From the IMG/VR virus record IMGVR_UViG_3300023059_000016, positions 1 through 35,738 of that record: a stretch of 35,738 bases of DNA, one strand, 5' to 3'. This DNA is from a virus (taxonomy: Duplodnaviria; Caudoviricetes). This document shows positions 26,426 to 35,585 of the stretch, piece after piece; the stretch's first letter is position 1, and each line of letters opens with the position of its first letter. Under the pieces are notes generated by a model. That model searched no databases. It saw only the letters and a list, made by a program, of their open reading frames with translations, and was not told the DNA's origin. Position numbers and translations under genes: made by a program.

Positions 26426-26791
26426 ATGAGCAACACGGTAACAAGCAAAATCATCCCTGAAGGCTTCTATTGGTCAAAGGTGTGCGGGATGGCTTTAAGG
26501 AAGAGACAGTTTGTATCGCCAATCACTGTAGAACGGCACACGATGACACCTAAATCGATACTGAGGCGGGTGCTCGCAGAAATATCTCCGGTCGAAAACG
26601 ATGCGATTGAAGCCAAAAAACTAACTTCGGAAGACGCTTCACGTTACGGTTCCGCCGTGTGGTCTGGTAGGTTGAAAGAATATTTCTCTTGGAGAGAAGC
26701 GCAAGGCTTGTCGTGGTGGCATGAACAAGAACGCCTTTATTCTTCCGTTGCCAATGATAATTCGGCGATTGCAGTCAGGAAAGCAGCATGA
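26426..26791 (+). CDS. Phage hypothetical protein ending in an ssrA-like tag (ANDNSAIAVRKAA)
   Basis: ACACGAGGTG leader before ATG 26426. Confidence 0.75.
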   Translation: MSNTVTSKIIPEGFYWSKVCGMALRKRQFVSPITVERHTMTPKSILRRVLAEISPVENDAIEAKKLTSEDASRYGSAVWSGRLKEYFSWREAQGLSWWHEQERLYSSVANDNSAIAVRKAA

Positions 26792-27681
26792 GCAGGCACA
26801 AATCCCTTGCCGGAGCCATGACTGCTTTAATGGCTTACAAAAACCGGCCTGAAAGCGAAATCATACCCGTCTCAACAAACTGGAATGTAGTGCCTGAGAA
26901 CAACAATGAACCTGAAGTACTAGCGCAGATGCATACTGAGCGACGCATCCAAATACTTCCGACCGTTGAAGAGATCATGCGGAATGTCGCCAGTGAGGAC
27001 ATCGAGCGCAATGATTTAGGTCAGATAGTTCGTATTGGTCGGCTCAAATTCAGCGATGGCACGCAAGTTGAAGCTGGAAACAAATATGGACCCGGTGGCG
27101 AGGTAATCGCCACCAAACATCGAATGCCAGCGGGTGCAATGCTTGGATGCCGAGAACAAGAGAGCAGGACGCTAGGTGGAGATGAAAATCCATCCGAAGT
27201 GGCTGCGAGCAATAACTATTTCCTAGCTGCGTTCGAATTAAAGCGTCGAGAGCGTATTCGGTCGGGGAAAAAGGCCAAGCGAACATACCAAACGCATGAC
27301 CAAGCGAAAGAGGATCTCGCTAAGGCGTACGCAAATACGCCAATGCTGCCGCCCATAACGAGATGTCCGCCGGGGCTGCCGAATGCAGGAAGCCGTATTG
27401 GAGACAGTTTTCTTGGGATGAAGAAAACGACAACCGGTGAATCGGGATCAATGGGATGGCAGGACGTTTCGACCGCGCTGGTCGATCGGGAAATATGGGC
27501 GCAGGCGATTGACGCGCTTTCGGAGAGGGATAGAGCGATCATGGATAAATCCCTCACGGCAAAGAACCTGTCCTCGCTGGCACCTGGTGGGCATAAGAGG
27601 TCGGCTGAAAGGCGAGGGAAAAGGTACTTGTTGGCAGCTAACGATAATTTTTCTGCGATTATCCAAAAAATAGCAGCATAA
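26788..27681 (+). CDS. Phage protein in the late-regulator position, ending in an ssrA-like tag (AANDNFSAIIQKIAA)
   Basis: ATGA coupling; last early/middle gene; AIDALSERDRAI resembles a sigma region 4 segment (weak). Confidence 0.7.
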   Translation: MSRHKSLAGAMTALMAYKNRPESEIIPVSTNWNVVPENNNEPEVLAQMHTERRIQILPTVEEIMRNVASEDIERNDLGQIVRIGRLKFSDGTQVEAGNKYGPGGEVIATKHRMPAGAMLGCREQESRTLGGDENPSEVAASNNYFLAAFELKRRERIRSGKKAKRTYQTHDQAKEDLAKAYANTPMLPPITRCPPGLPNAGSRIGDSFLGMKKTTTGESGSMGWQDVSTALVDREIWAQAIDALSERDRAIMDKSLTAKNLSSLAPGGHKRSAERRGKRYLLAANDNFSAIIQKIAA

Positions 27682-27955
27682 ACGCCGCTTTCCGGTCCAG
27701 TTATGGTTCTTAGATGTGAAGGGGTCGAGATGGAAACATTGCGACCCCAAAACATTTCCGGCCACGGACCCTGCGCTATGCTGCATCAAGTGTAGCCTCT
27801 GAGTGCGGGGTAACTATCAAAAGACAAGCCATCTTCGCTTAGAATGCTTTGCGGGATCAATGACGCTTGTCTTCAAATCCCCGGCGCCGTTTCTCCTCCG
27901 GCAGACGGGATACGGCGGGTTGAGCTCATTTCAGTGGGCTCCCCGCCACCTTTCT

Positions 27956-28454
27956 TTATTGCTTTAAGATCAATACTGGTACTTTGCTCTGCTGTAACGT
28001 CTCGCTGGCTTGGCTTCCAAGCATCAGTTTTTCGAAGCCAGATCGTCCGTGCGAACCCATTACGATTAAGTCGCAACTCAGAGTTCTTGCAATATCTGTA
28101 ATTACTTTCGCTGGTGATGAGCCAACTTCGCTAATGGTTTTAACGACAACGCCAGCTTCATCAGCCGTAGATTGAGCCCTTTCGAGTATTGTATCCGCAG
28201 CTCTCTGGTCATCATTGCGTTCAGCATCTGAATCATTTGCGCGTTGATCCCCTGGAGCATATTCGATAGGAACGCCGCCAAGTCCTATGATGGGAATGCC
28301 GTATAAGTCTTCTGTACCGCCCCTAGGATGCGGCTTTGTTACCGTAATAATGGTCACCCTGCATTCTTGAATGCTTGGATAATCCAAGACCGTATTCAAT
28401 AGCTTTTTGTGAAAGATTAGAACCGTCAGTTGCAATCAAAATATGCTGGTACAT
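27956..28454 (-). pseudogene. Universal stress protein (UspA family), frameshifted near 28375
   Basis: MYQHILIATDGS... in one frame; CDLIVMGSHGRSGFEKLMLGSQASETLQQSKVPVLI in another. Confidence 0.85.
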
Positions 28455-28663
28455 TTTGTTCCCCATTATACGGTGTACTTATAACCATGAGTATTTTTGG
28501 TGCGACTGAATAATTTAATCAAGTTTTTTATTTTCAATAGCAGTGAAATAGTGCTGGATGCGCATTAAACCGCACCTGATCCACATCGTGGCAAGACTTG
28601 AACATATGGTGTCTTTGAATACGCCATCTTCGGGTTCACCGACAAAAGATATGCAGTAAATCA

Positions 28664-28740
28664 TGCGGAGTGGAGAAGTGGTCATCTCGTCTGGCTCATA
28701 ACCAGAAGATCGTCGGTTCGAATCCGACCTGCCGCAACCA
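28664..28740 (+). tRNA. Phage tRNA-Met(CAT), initiator-like, with an atypical acceptor stem
   Basis: D-stem GAGA/TCTC, anticodon arm TCTGG-CTCATAA-CCAGA, T-arm GTCGG-TTCGAAT-CCGAC, ACCA end; acceptor TGCGGAG versus CTGCCGCA (one extra G). Confidence 0.85.
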
Positions 28741-28780
28741 AATTAGAAAGAAAGGCGGGCCGTGACCCGCCGATCATTTG

Positions 28781-29026
28781 TTATCGACAACGAGCAGTGT
28801 AAATCTGCCCCTTGCTATTGCGATATTGACAATTGCCATTGCGGAGATTGCGCACCAGCAACCCACCAACTGCGCCAGCGCCTGCACCAATAAGTGCGCC
28901 TTCACCACCGCCAGCAATACCGCCGATGGCTGCGCCAGCGACAGTTCCAATGCTGAGATCTTTTTCAGTTGATGTACAGCCCGAGATCGCCAGTAAGGCA
29001 ATCAAGCAAAGTCCAATCTTACGCAT
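28781..29026 (-). CDS. Glycine-zipper lipoprotein (cargo)
   Basis: Signal peptide with lipobox ISG|C; GAAIGGIAGG...GALIGAGAGAVGG; hairpin plus T run at ~28747-28770. Confidence 0.85.
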   Translation of the reverse strand: MRKIGLCLIALLAISGCTSTEKDLSIGTVAGAAIGGIAGGGEGALIGAGAGAVGGLLVRNLRNGNCQYRNSKGQIYTARCR

Positions 29027-29085
29027 GTCCCGTCCCTTTTTTTCACCGATCAAGAATGATGATCTAGTTAGGGAGGGAACGGCAA

Positions 29086-29415
29086 GTGTCAATAAAATAC
29101 TCGCCAAAACATGCGGTTAGTTCGCATGATGGCGGAAGCCGCACCTGGCTCCGCCTATACAAGACTGCCCGTTGGCAACGAATGCGCGAGCGACAGCTGA
29201 CCGAGCAACCGCTGTGCGTGTTCTGCTTACAGGGTGGCGACGTCGAACCGGCGACCGTGTGTGATCATCGAATTGCTCATAAAGGCGACGAGTTCCTTTT
29301 CTGGGATGCAGGTAACCTCCAGTCACTTTGCAAGACATGCCACGACCGAACCAAGCAGCGCTTGGAGCGAGGTCAGGACATCGTGACCTTCGGGGCCGAT
29401 GGATGGCCGGTCTGA
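29086..29415 (+). CDS. Packaging-associated HNH endonuclease (HK97 gp74-like)
   Basis: YKTARWQ...PLCVFC...DHRIAHKGD...NLQSLCKTCH; immediately upstream of the small terminase; start uncertain. Confidence 0.88.
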   Translation: MSIKYSPKHAVSSHDGGSRTWLRLYKTARWQRMRERQLTEQPLCVFCLQGGDVEPATVCDHRIAHKGDEFLFWDAGNLQSLCKTCHDRTKQRLERGQDIVTFGADGWPV

Positions 29416-29524
29416 CCCCCGGGTGGATCAAAAAGTCGACGAAGGTCGAAAACGCCGGAACGGCGAGGGTCCATCGCGCACGCATCCACAATTCAAAATA
29501 TGACCCCTGTAAAGGATTTGTGCC

Positions 29525-29911
29525 ATGGCGAGGCCTAGAACGCCTCGTGCCAAGGCGGCAGTCGAGGCAAGCGATAAGAAGAATCCACAGCGCTTCAAAA
29601 ACCGCACCGACGCTAAAGCTGATGGCCCGCTCGGCAATCCTCCCGCATGGTTGAAGGATACGCCGGAGCTGAAAGCCAAGGCTGCCTGGAAGCTGTTTGA
29701 AAAAGAGCTGCCTTGGCTGAACCAGTCACACCGCACGCTGGTCGGTATGGCTGCCAATATTCAGGGTCGCATCATGGCCGGGCAGGAAGTTGGCGTGCAG
29801 GCGATGAACTTGCTTCGTCAGATGCTTGGCCAGATGGGCGCAACGCCTGCTGATGCATCGAAAGTTGCGACTGGCGAAGACGGCGACGAGAAGGACGATT
29901 TGCTTGACTGA
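29525..29911 (+). CDS. terS: Terminase small subunit
   Basis: MARPRTP, PPAWL, MGATPADASKV; position. Confidence 0.8.
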   Translation: MARPRTPRAKAAVEASDKKNPQRFKNRTDAKADGPLGNPPAWLKDTPELKAKAAWKLFEKELPWLNQSHRTLVGMAANIQGRIMAGQEVGVQAMNLLRQMLGQMGATPADASKVATGEDGDEKDDLLD

Positions 29912-31766
29912 TATGCCTGCGCTGGAGCGTGTGAGCGCTTATGCGCATGCTGTCCTTGACGGCACTGAGATTGCAGGGCCGCACGTTCGGAACGCTTGCC
30001 AGCGTCATTTTGACGATTTGGCGTCAGGCCATGAGCGCGGGCTCTGGTTTGACGACGATGAAGCAGACCGTGTGTTTCGCTTCTTCGAAGAGCGCTTGAA
30101 ACTCTCAGAGGGCCAGTTTGAAGGCAAGCCCTTTAAGCTACATGCCTCACAAGCCTTCAAGCTCGGTTCGCTGTTCGGTTGGAAGCGTGAAGACGGTTCT
30201 CGTCGTTTTCGTCGTGCGTACATCGAAGAAGGCAAGGGCAACGGCAAATCCCCATTTGCTGGCGGTGTTGGCCTGTTCGGATTGATCGCTGACAAAGAAG
30301 CGGGCGCACAGATTTATGCGGCTGCCGCCAAGAAAGAGCAGGCGGGAATTCTGTTCCAGGATGCTGTGAAAATGGCGCGGGCAGCACCTGCTTTGATGCA
30401 GCGTGTGAAGTTCAGCGGTGGTATTGGGCGCGAGTTCAATATCGCGCACCACAAATCGCAGTCTTTTTTCCGTCCGATCTCAAAGGATTCGGGAAAATCT
30501 GGCTCTGGTCCGAGACCACACTTCGCGCTTTGCGATGAGGTGCACGAGCATCCCGATGGATCGACGATGGAAATGCTCGAGCGCGGCTTCAAGTTTCGTC
30601 GCCAGCCATTGCTGCTGATGATTACGAACTCTGGCAGCGACAAAAACAGCATCTGCTGGGAAGAGCATGAGCACGCAGTTCGGGTTGCAGCTGGGACACA
30701 AACGCCGGACGAGGTGTTTAACTACGTCGGTGAAATCATCGACGACACAACGTTTGCATGGGTTTGCGCGCTCGATAAGGGCGATGACCCTCTGACTGAT
30801 CCGACTTGCTGGAAGAAAGCTAATCCACTTCTCGGCGTGATTCTGACGCATGAATACCTTGCAGGCGTAGTTGCTCAGGCCAAACAAATGCCGGGGAAGC
30901 TCAACGGCATTCTGCGTCTGCACTTCTGCTGCTGGACGGACGCCGACAAGGCATGGATGCCGCGCGAGACTGTTGAAAGCGTCATGGACGACTTCGACCC
31001 AGAAGAAGATCATGCTGACAAGCCGGTTTTCATGGGCGTTGACCTTTCGGGCAGCAAGGATATGACTGTTCTTGCCTGCGTGGTGCCTACTGGCTTCATG
31101 GAGTTGGAACGCGAAGACGGAGCTACTGTCAGTCTTCCAACCTTTGATGCGTGGGTTGAGGCTTGGACGCCACAGGAAACGCTGCAAGCCAGAGCGCAGG
31201 CCGACAAAGCGCCATATGAGCTATGGGTGCAGCAAGGCTGGCTCAATGCCACGCCAGGCAAGCGTGTCAGATATGACTTCGTTGCAGCTCGCCTCCAGCA
31301 GCTTGATCAGCAGTTTGAAATCAAAACCATCGCTTACGACCGCTACGCTTACGACAAGTTTCGCGAAGAGGTGGATGCGCTCGGCATTGAAGTCGATCAT
31401 GTTGCACATCCGCAGGGTGGTAAAGTCCGGGCTAAGCCTGAACCCGCCAAGGTCGAAGCTGCAAAAGCTGCAGGCCTGCCTCCGCCGCAAGGCTTGTGGA
31501 TGCCGGGCTCGGTGCTGGCGTTAGAAGATATGATCATCGATGGCCGTATTCGCATGAGGCGAAACCCGGTGTTGATGACAGCGCTGATGGGCGCAACGTT
31601 CGATCACGACCCGCAAGAAAACCGATGGTTTGTCAAAACGAAAGCTTCGGTTCGCATCGATGCTGCCGTCGCTTTGGCAATGGCCGTGGGCGCTGCGCTT
31701 GACGGTGTTCCCGCCGCGCCAAAAGAATCCGTATACCGTAAAGGCCGTGGCCTTTTAATATTGTGA
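29904..31766 (+). CDS. terL: Terminase large subunit
   Basis: GKGNGKS Walker A, LCDEVH Walker B, GVDLS, AYDRY, IDAAVALAMA; start at TTG 29904 or ATG 29913. Confidence 0.95.
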   Translation: MTDMPALERVSAYAHAVLDGTEIAGPHVRNACQRHFDDLASGHERGLWFDDDEADRVFRFFEERLKLSEGQFEGKPFKLHASQAFKLGSLFGWKREDGSRRFRRAYIEEGKGNGKSPFAGGVGLFGLIADKEAGAQIYAAAAKKEQAGILFQDAVKMARAAPALMQRVKFSGGIGREFNIAHHKSQSFFRPISKDSGKSGSGPRPHFALCDEVHEHPDGSTMEMLERGFKFRRQPLLLMITNSGSDKNSICWEEHEHAVRVAAGTQTPDEVFNYVGEIIDDTTFAWVCALDKGDDPLTDPTCWKKANPLLGVILTHEYLAGVVAQAKQMPGKLNGILRLHFCCWTDADKAWMPRETVESVMDDFDPEEDHADKPVFMGVDLSGSKDMTVLACVVPTGFMELEREDGATVSLPTFDAWVEAWTPQETLQARAQADKAPYELWVQQGWLNATPGKRVRYDFVAARLQQLDQQFEIKTIAYDRYAYDKFREEVDALGIEVDHVAHPQGGKVRAKPEPAKVEAAKAAGLPPPQGLWMPGSVLALEDMIIDGRIRMRRNPVLMTALMGATFDHDPQENRWFVKTKASVRIDAAVALAMAVGAALDGVPAAPKESVYRKGRGLLIL

Positions 31767-31773
31767 GGGCCGC

Positions 31774-33030
31774 ATGGGCTTGAGAGATTGGTGGCGTGGA
31801 TCGGGCACATCTGTCCCATCTGCGCCGCGAAGAGATCCAGCTTTCGTTGGTCCTTCATGGAATAGTATGGCGGCTTCGACGCTGGAAGAATATCTGGCCG
31901 GACAGACGCCAAGTGCGAACGTAACTGCCGATGCGGCGATGAAGATTTCTGCCGTTTGGCGCTGCGTGAATCTGATTTCGGGCGGGATTGCTACTCTGCC
32001 GCTTGACCTAAAGCGACGCATCAATGGTGCGCGTGTTGATGCTGAAGATCATGATCTATGGCAGGTATTGCGACGCAGACCGAACAAGTGGCAGACAACT
32101 GCCGAGTTCAGGCGAATGATGCAGGCGAGTGTTCTGCTGCGCGGCAATGGATATGCGCTTATTGTTCGGTCGGGCAAAAAAGTGCTTGAGCTCATCCCTC
32201 TCAACGCTGACAACGTTGAGGCCAAGCAAGAGCGCGATCTATCAATAAGTTACACGGTCACGCTGCCTTCCGGTGTGCGGACAATTCTCAAACAGCGCGA
32301 CATGTTTCATCTGCGTGGCTTGACGATGGATGGCGTAACCGGGTTGCCGGTGATCACTTATGCACGCGAGGCAATGGGTCTTGCGATTGCCACCGAAAAT
32401 CATGCCGGCGCACTTTTCAAGAATGGTACGCGTGCTGGCGGGGTCATCAAGCACCCTGGAACGCTGGGCGAGGAAGGCGTTGTCGCCCTTCGTGAAAGTC
32501 TGGATTACTACCGATCCGGTGGCGCTCTGGAGGGCCGGGACCTTATTCTTGAAGAGGGGATGGAATACGACCGTCTCGCGATGACGTCAGTGGATGCGCA
32601 GTTCATTCAAACCCGCGTTCAATCTCTTGCTGAGATCGGAATGTATTTCGGCGTGCCCTTGCACCTTATTGGATTGAACGACAAAGCATCGAGCTGGGGA
32701 ACCGGCATTGAGCAGATGGGTATCGGTTTCGTCACCTATACCATGCAGGACTGGCTCACGATGTGGGAGCAGGCCATTGGGCGTGATCTGATCGATGAGA
32801 AAGAAACCGATCTTTACGCCAAGTTCAACCATGCTGCTCTGCTCAAGGGTGACACAGTCGCTCGATATGGCGCTTATGCCACTGGCAAGCAGTGGGGCTG
32901 GCTTTCGTCAAACGACATCCGCGCGCTGGAAGACATGAACCCAATTGAGGGCGGCGACGAATATCTCCAGCCACTCAATATGGCGCCAGTTGGTTCCCAA
33001 CCATCCACGGCAGACTTGCCACAGGAATAA
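31774..33030 (+). CDS. HK97-family portal protein
   Basis: SAVWRCVNLIS, RPN, LLRGNGYA, HLRG, FGVP, NDIRALEDMNP. Confidence 0.95.
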   Translation: MGLRDWWRGSGTSVPSAPRRDPAFVGPSWNSMAASTLEEYLAGQTPSANVTADAAMKISAVWRCVNLISGGIATLPLDLKRRINGARVDAEDHDLWQVLRRRPNKWQTTAEFRRMMQASVLLRGNGYALIVRSGKKVLELIPLNADNVEAKQERDLSISYTVTLPSGVRTILKQRDMFHLRGLTMDGVTGLPVITYAREAMGLAIATENHAGALFKNGTRAGGVIKHPGTLGEEGVVALRESLDYYRSGGALEGRDLILEEGMEYDRLAMTSVDAQFIQTRVQSLAEIGMYFGVPLHLIGLNDKASSWGTGIEQMGIGFVTYTMQDWLTMWEQAIGRDLIDEKETDLYAKFNHAALLKGDTVARYGAYATGKQWGWLSSNDIRALEDMNPIEGGDEYLQPLNMAPVGSQPSTADLPQE

Positions 33031-33036
33031 TCAAAC

Positions 33037-33909
33037 ATGGACCTACCTAGAATTGCTGTGCCGGTGCGAGATGGCATTCGCGCACGAACGCCTGATGCTG
33101 TCTTTGAGAAGTGGGACGCGTCAATCCTCTCCGCAGATGCAATCGGCGACAACGTCATCTCAATCTATGACGTGATCGGTGAAGACTTCTGGACCGGGGG
33201 CGGCTTTACGCTCAAGCGACTAGATGCAGCCCTCCGAACCATTGGACGTCGCGACTTCGAAGTTCATATCAATTCTCCAGGCGGCGATATGTTCGAAGGT
33301 GTGGCGATCTTTAACAAGATCCGCGACCACGCTGATGCCAACAATCTGACGGCCAAAGTCAAGGTGCTCGGCGTTGCAGCAAGTGCTGCAAGCGTGATCG
33401 CGATGGCTGGTGACGAGATTGAAATCGGTTCTTCAGCTTCGATCATGATCCACAACTGTTGGACCATTGCACAAGGTAACCGCCGCGACTTTGCCGAGAT
33501 GGCCGTTACGATGGAGCAGTTCGATGCCAACATGGCATCTGTTTACGTGGCCAGAACTGGCAACAACATGGAATCCATTGTTGCGATGATGGATGCAGAA
33601 ACTTGGTTCTCCGGTCAGGCGGCAATTGATGCTGGTTTTGCTACTGCTTTGCTACCGGCTGACCGTATCAAGGCGGAGCCGAACACGAAGGCAAACGCGC
33701 TTCGGGCTGAAAAGCAAACCGAACGCGCTTTGAGACTTGCCGGTGCGTCCGCCAAAGAAGCCAAAACAACTATCTCAGACATGAAGAAGGCCGCGCGCGA
33801 TGATGCCGTTGAGCCCAATTCCAACGTTGACGTTGCCCCGTCTGAATACGCCGCACTCGCGGCTTCACTTACAAAATTAACGTCAGCGTTAGGAGTTCCC
33901 CATGTCTGA
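33037..33909 (+). CDS. ClpP-like prohead maturation protease
   Basis: INSPGGD, AASAASVIAMAG, MIHN, ETWF. Confidence 0.93.
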   Translation: MDLPRIAVPVRDGIRARTPDAVFEKWDASILSADAIGDNVISIYDVIGEDFWTGGGFTLKRLDAALRTIGRRDFEVHINSPGGDMFEGVAIFNKIRDHADANNLTAKVKVLGVAASAASVIAMAGDEIEIGSSASIMIHNCWTIAQGNRRDFAEMAVTMEQFDANMASVYVARTGNNMESIVAMMDAETWFSGQAAIDAGFATALLPADRIKAEPNTKANALRAEKQTERALRLAGASAKEAKTTISDMKKAARDDAVEPNSNVDVAPSEYAALAASLTKLTSALGVPHV

Positions 33910-35101
33910 CATCAATACTGTAACTGCCCTGATAGAACAGCAGGGCGTGGCCTTTGAAGCATTCAAGGCCGAACATAACAAGGCACTCGCTGACGTCCGC
34001 AAGGACGTCGTGCAGGCTGAAAAAGTTGATCGTATCAACGCTGAAATTAGCAATCTTACAGCTGCTATCGACGATGCGAACTCCAAGCTCGCTGCTGTCA
34101 TGGTGGGCGGCGCTGGTGAACCTGCAAAAGGCCGCGGTGAATATGCAAAGGCGTTTGATCGCTTCTTCCGTAAGGGCGATGAATCTGGTCTTGAAGCGGC
34201 TTCAGCTGCTGGCGTGAAGGCCGGAATGAGCGTCGGCGTCCCAGAAGAAGGCGGCTATACCGCTCCGACAGAATGGGATCGCACGATCACCGACAAGCTG
34301 AAGATTGTTTCGCCGATGCGCCAGATTGCAACGGTTCAGACGATCAGTGGTAACGGCTTTTCAAAGCTCTACAACGACCGCGCGACTGCATCCGGTTGGG
34401 TTGGTGAAACGGCTGAGCGTCCTGAAACTACGACTGCAAAGTTTGCAGAAGTGAAGTTCAATACGGGTGAGATTTATGCGAACCCTGCGGCAACTCAGCG
34501 GCTGCTAGATGATTCCGAAATCAATCTCGAAAGCTGGCTTGCCGGTGAAGTCGAAACGGAATTTGCCTATCAGGAAGGTCTGGCGTTCATCTCAGGCAAC
34601 GGCACAGATAAGCCGAAGGGTCTGTTGAACTACACAGCTGCCGGTTCGCATCCTTGGGGTGCCATTCCAACAATCAACTCTGGTGCGGCAGCTGCTTTGA
34701 CTACTGACGGCCTGATTGACCTTGTCTATGATCTGCCGAGCGAGCGCACACCCAATGCTCGTTTTGCGCTGAACCGCAAAACTCAGGGCGAAGTGCGTAA
34801 ACTGAAGGATGGGCAGGGTAACTACATCTGGCAGCCCGGTATACAGAGCGGTCAGCCTGCAACGATCCTTGGCTTCCCAGTCACTGAACTTGCTGCGATG
34901 CCTGACATTGCGGCTGATGGTATTCCGGTTGTCTTTGGTGATTTCCAGCGCGGCTATCTCGTGATTGATCGCATGGGTATTCGCATCTTGCGTGATCCCT
35001 ACAGCAACAAGCCTTTCGTGCAGTTCTACACCACCAAGCGTGTTGGTGGCGGTGTGACCGACCCAACCGCTCTGCGCTATCACAAAATCGCAGCCGCTTA
35101 A
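33902..35101 (+). CDS. HK97-fold major capsid protein
   Basis: EGGYTAP, WVGE, GNGTDKPKGL, LKDGQGNYIW, FGDF, RVGG. Confidence 0.95.
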   Translation: MSDINTVTALIEQQGVAFEAFKAEHNKALADVRKDVVQAEKVDRINAEISNLTAAIDDANSKLAAVMVGGAGEPAKGRGEYAKAFDRFFRKGDESGLEAASAAGVKAGMSVGVPEEGGYTAPTEWDRTITDKLKIVSPMRQIATVQTISGNGFSKLYNDRATASGWVGETAERPETTTAKFAEVKFNTGEIYANPAATQRLLDDSEINLESWLAGEVETEFAYQEGLAFISGNGTDKPKGLLNYTAAGSHPWGAIPTINSGAAAALTTDGLIDLVYDLPSERTPNARFALNRKTQGEVRKLKDGQGNYIWQPGIQSGQPATILGFPVTELAAMPDIAADGIPVVFGDFQRGYLVIDRMGIRILRDPYSNKPFVQFYTTKRVGGGVTDPTALRYHKIAAA

Positions 35102-35109
35102 CGACTTTG

Positions 35110-35135
35110 GGGTGCCTTCGGGCACCCTGTTTTTT
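35110..35135 (+). terminator. Rho-independent terminator after the capsid gene
   Basis: GGGTGCC-TTCG-GGCACCC followed by TGTTTTTT. Confidence 0.85.
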
Positions 35136-35146
35136 CGGAGGCGTTT

Positions 35147-35320
35147 ATGGAAGCGCGAGTTACTAAAAGTTTTAAAGGCGTCCCAGAAGGCGAAGTTTAT
35201 CCTTGCGAATACGAGGTTGGCGAAACTGTCACGGGACGTATGGCCAAGGTTGCACTGTCCGAAAATTGGGCCGAGCCTATTGCCGATTTAAAGGGTAAGC
35301 GCCGTGGCGGTGACACTTGA
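35147..35320 (+). CDS. 57-aa head-region protein (not in ORF track)
   Basis: GGAGG SD; MEARVTKSFKGVPEGEVYP... Confidence 0.65.
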   Translation: MEARVTKSFKGVPEGEVYPCEYEVGETVTGRMAKVALSENWAEPIADLKGKRRGGDT

Positions 35321-35585
35321 ACTTGCTAAGAAGCACTTGCGGGTGTCGCACGATGATGAAGATCAAGAAATCGAGCTTTATCTAGCGGCGGCAGTCGATT
35401 GGACGATGACATATACTAAGCGCAAAGAGGTGCCAGCGGGCGCTGAGTTTGCATTTGACGCGGCGGCATTGCTCACAATGGCCAGCATGTTTGAAAATCG
35501 TGAATCCGATATTACGGGCACCATTCATACTGAGATCCCAACGGCTCGACGACTAATCGATCCATACAGACTTTTGAGGGTTTAA
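35304..35585 (+). CDS. Head-tail connector (gp6-like)
   Basis: VTLELAKKHLRVSHDDED...FENRE...LIDPYR. Confidence 0.9.
   Translation: MAVTLELAKKHLRVSHDDEDQEIELYLAAAVDWTMTYTKRKEVPAGAEFAFDAAALLTMASMFENRESDITGTIHTEIPTARRLIDPYRLLRV

Noticed and set aside
4318-27648. ANDN motifs as dispersed DNA repeats or tmRNA gene fragments
   Set aside because: Synonymous codons differ and flanks are unrelated; no tmRNA-like structure was seen
29416-29524. cos site between the HNH gene and the small terminase
   Set aside because: The position is typical, but no specific cohesive-end sequence can be supported from the sequence alone
33037-33909. Phage ClpP-like protease as the enzyme reading the ssrA-like tags
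   Set aside because: It sits between portal and capsid, the standard prohead-protease position, and no phage ClpX-like ATPase is visible
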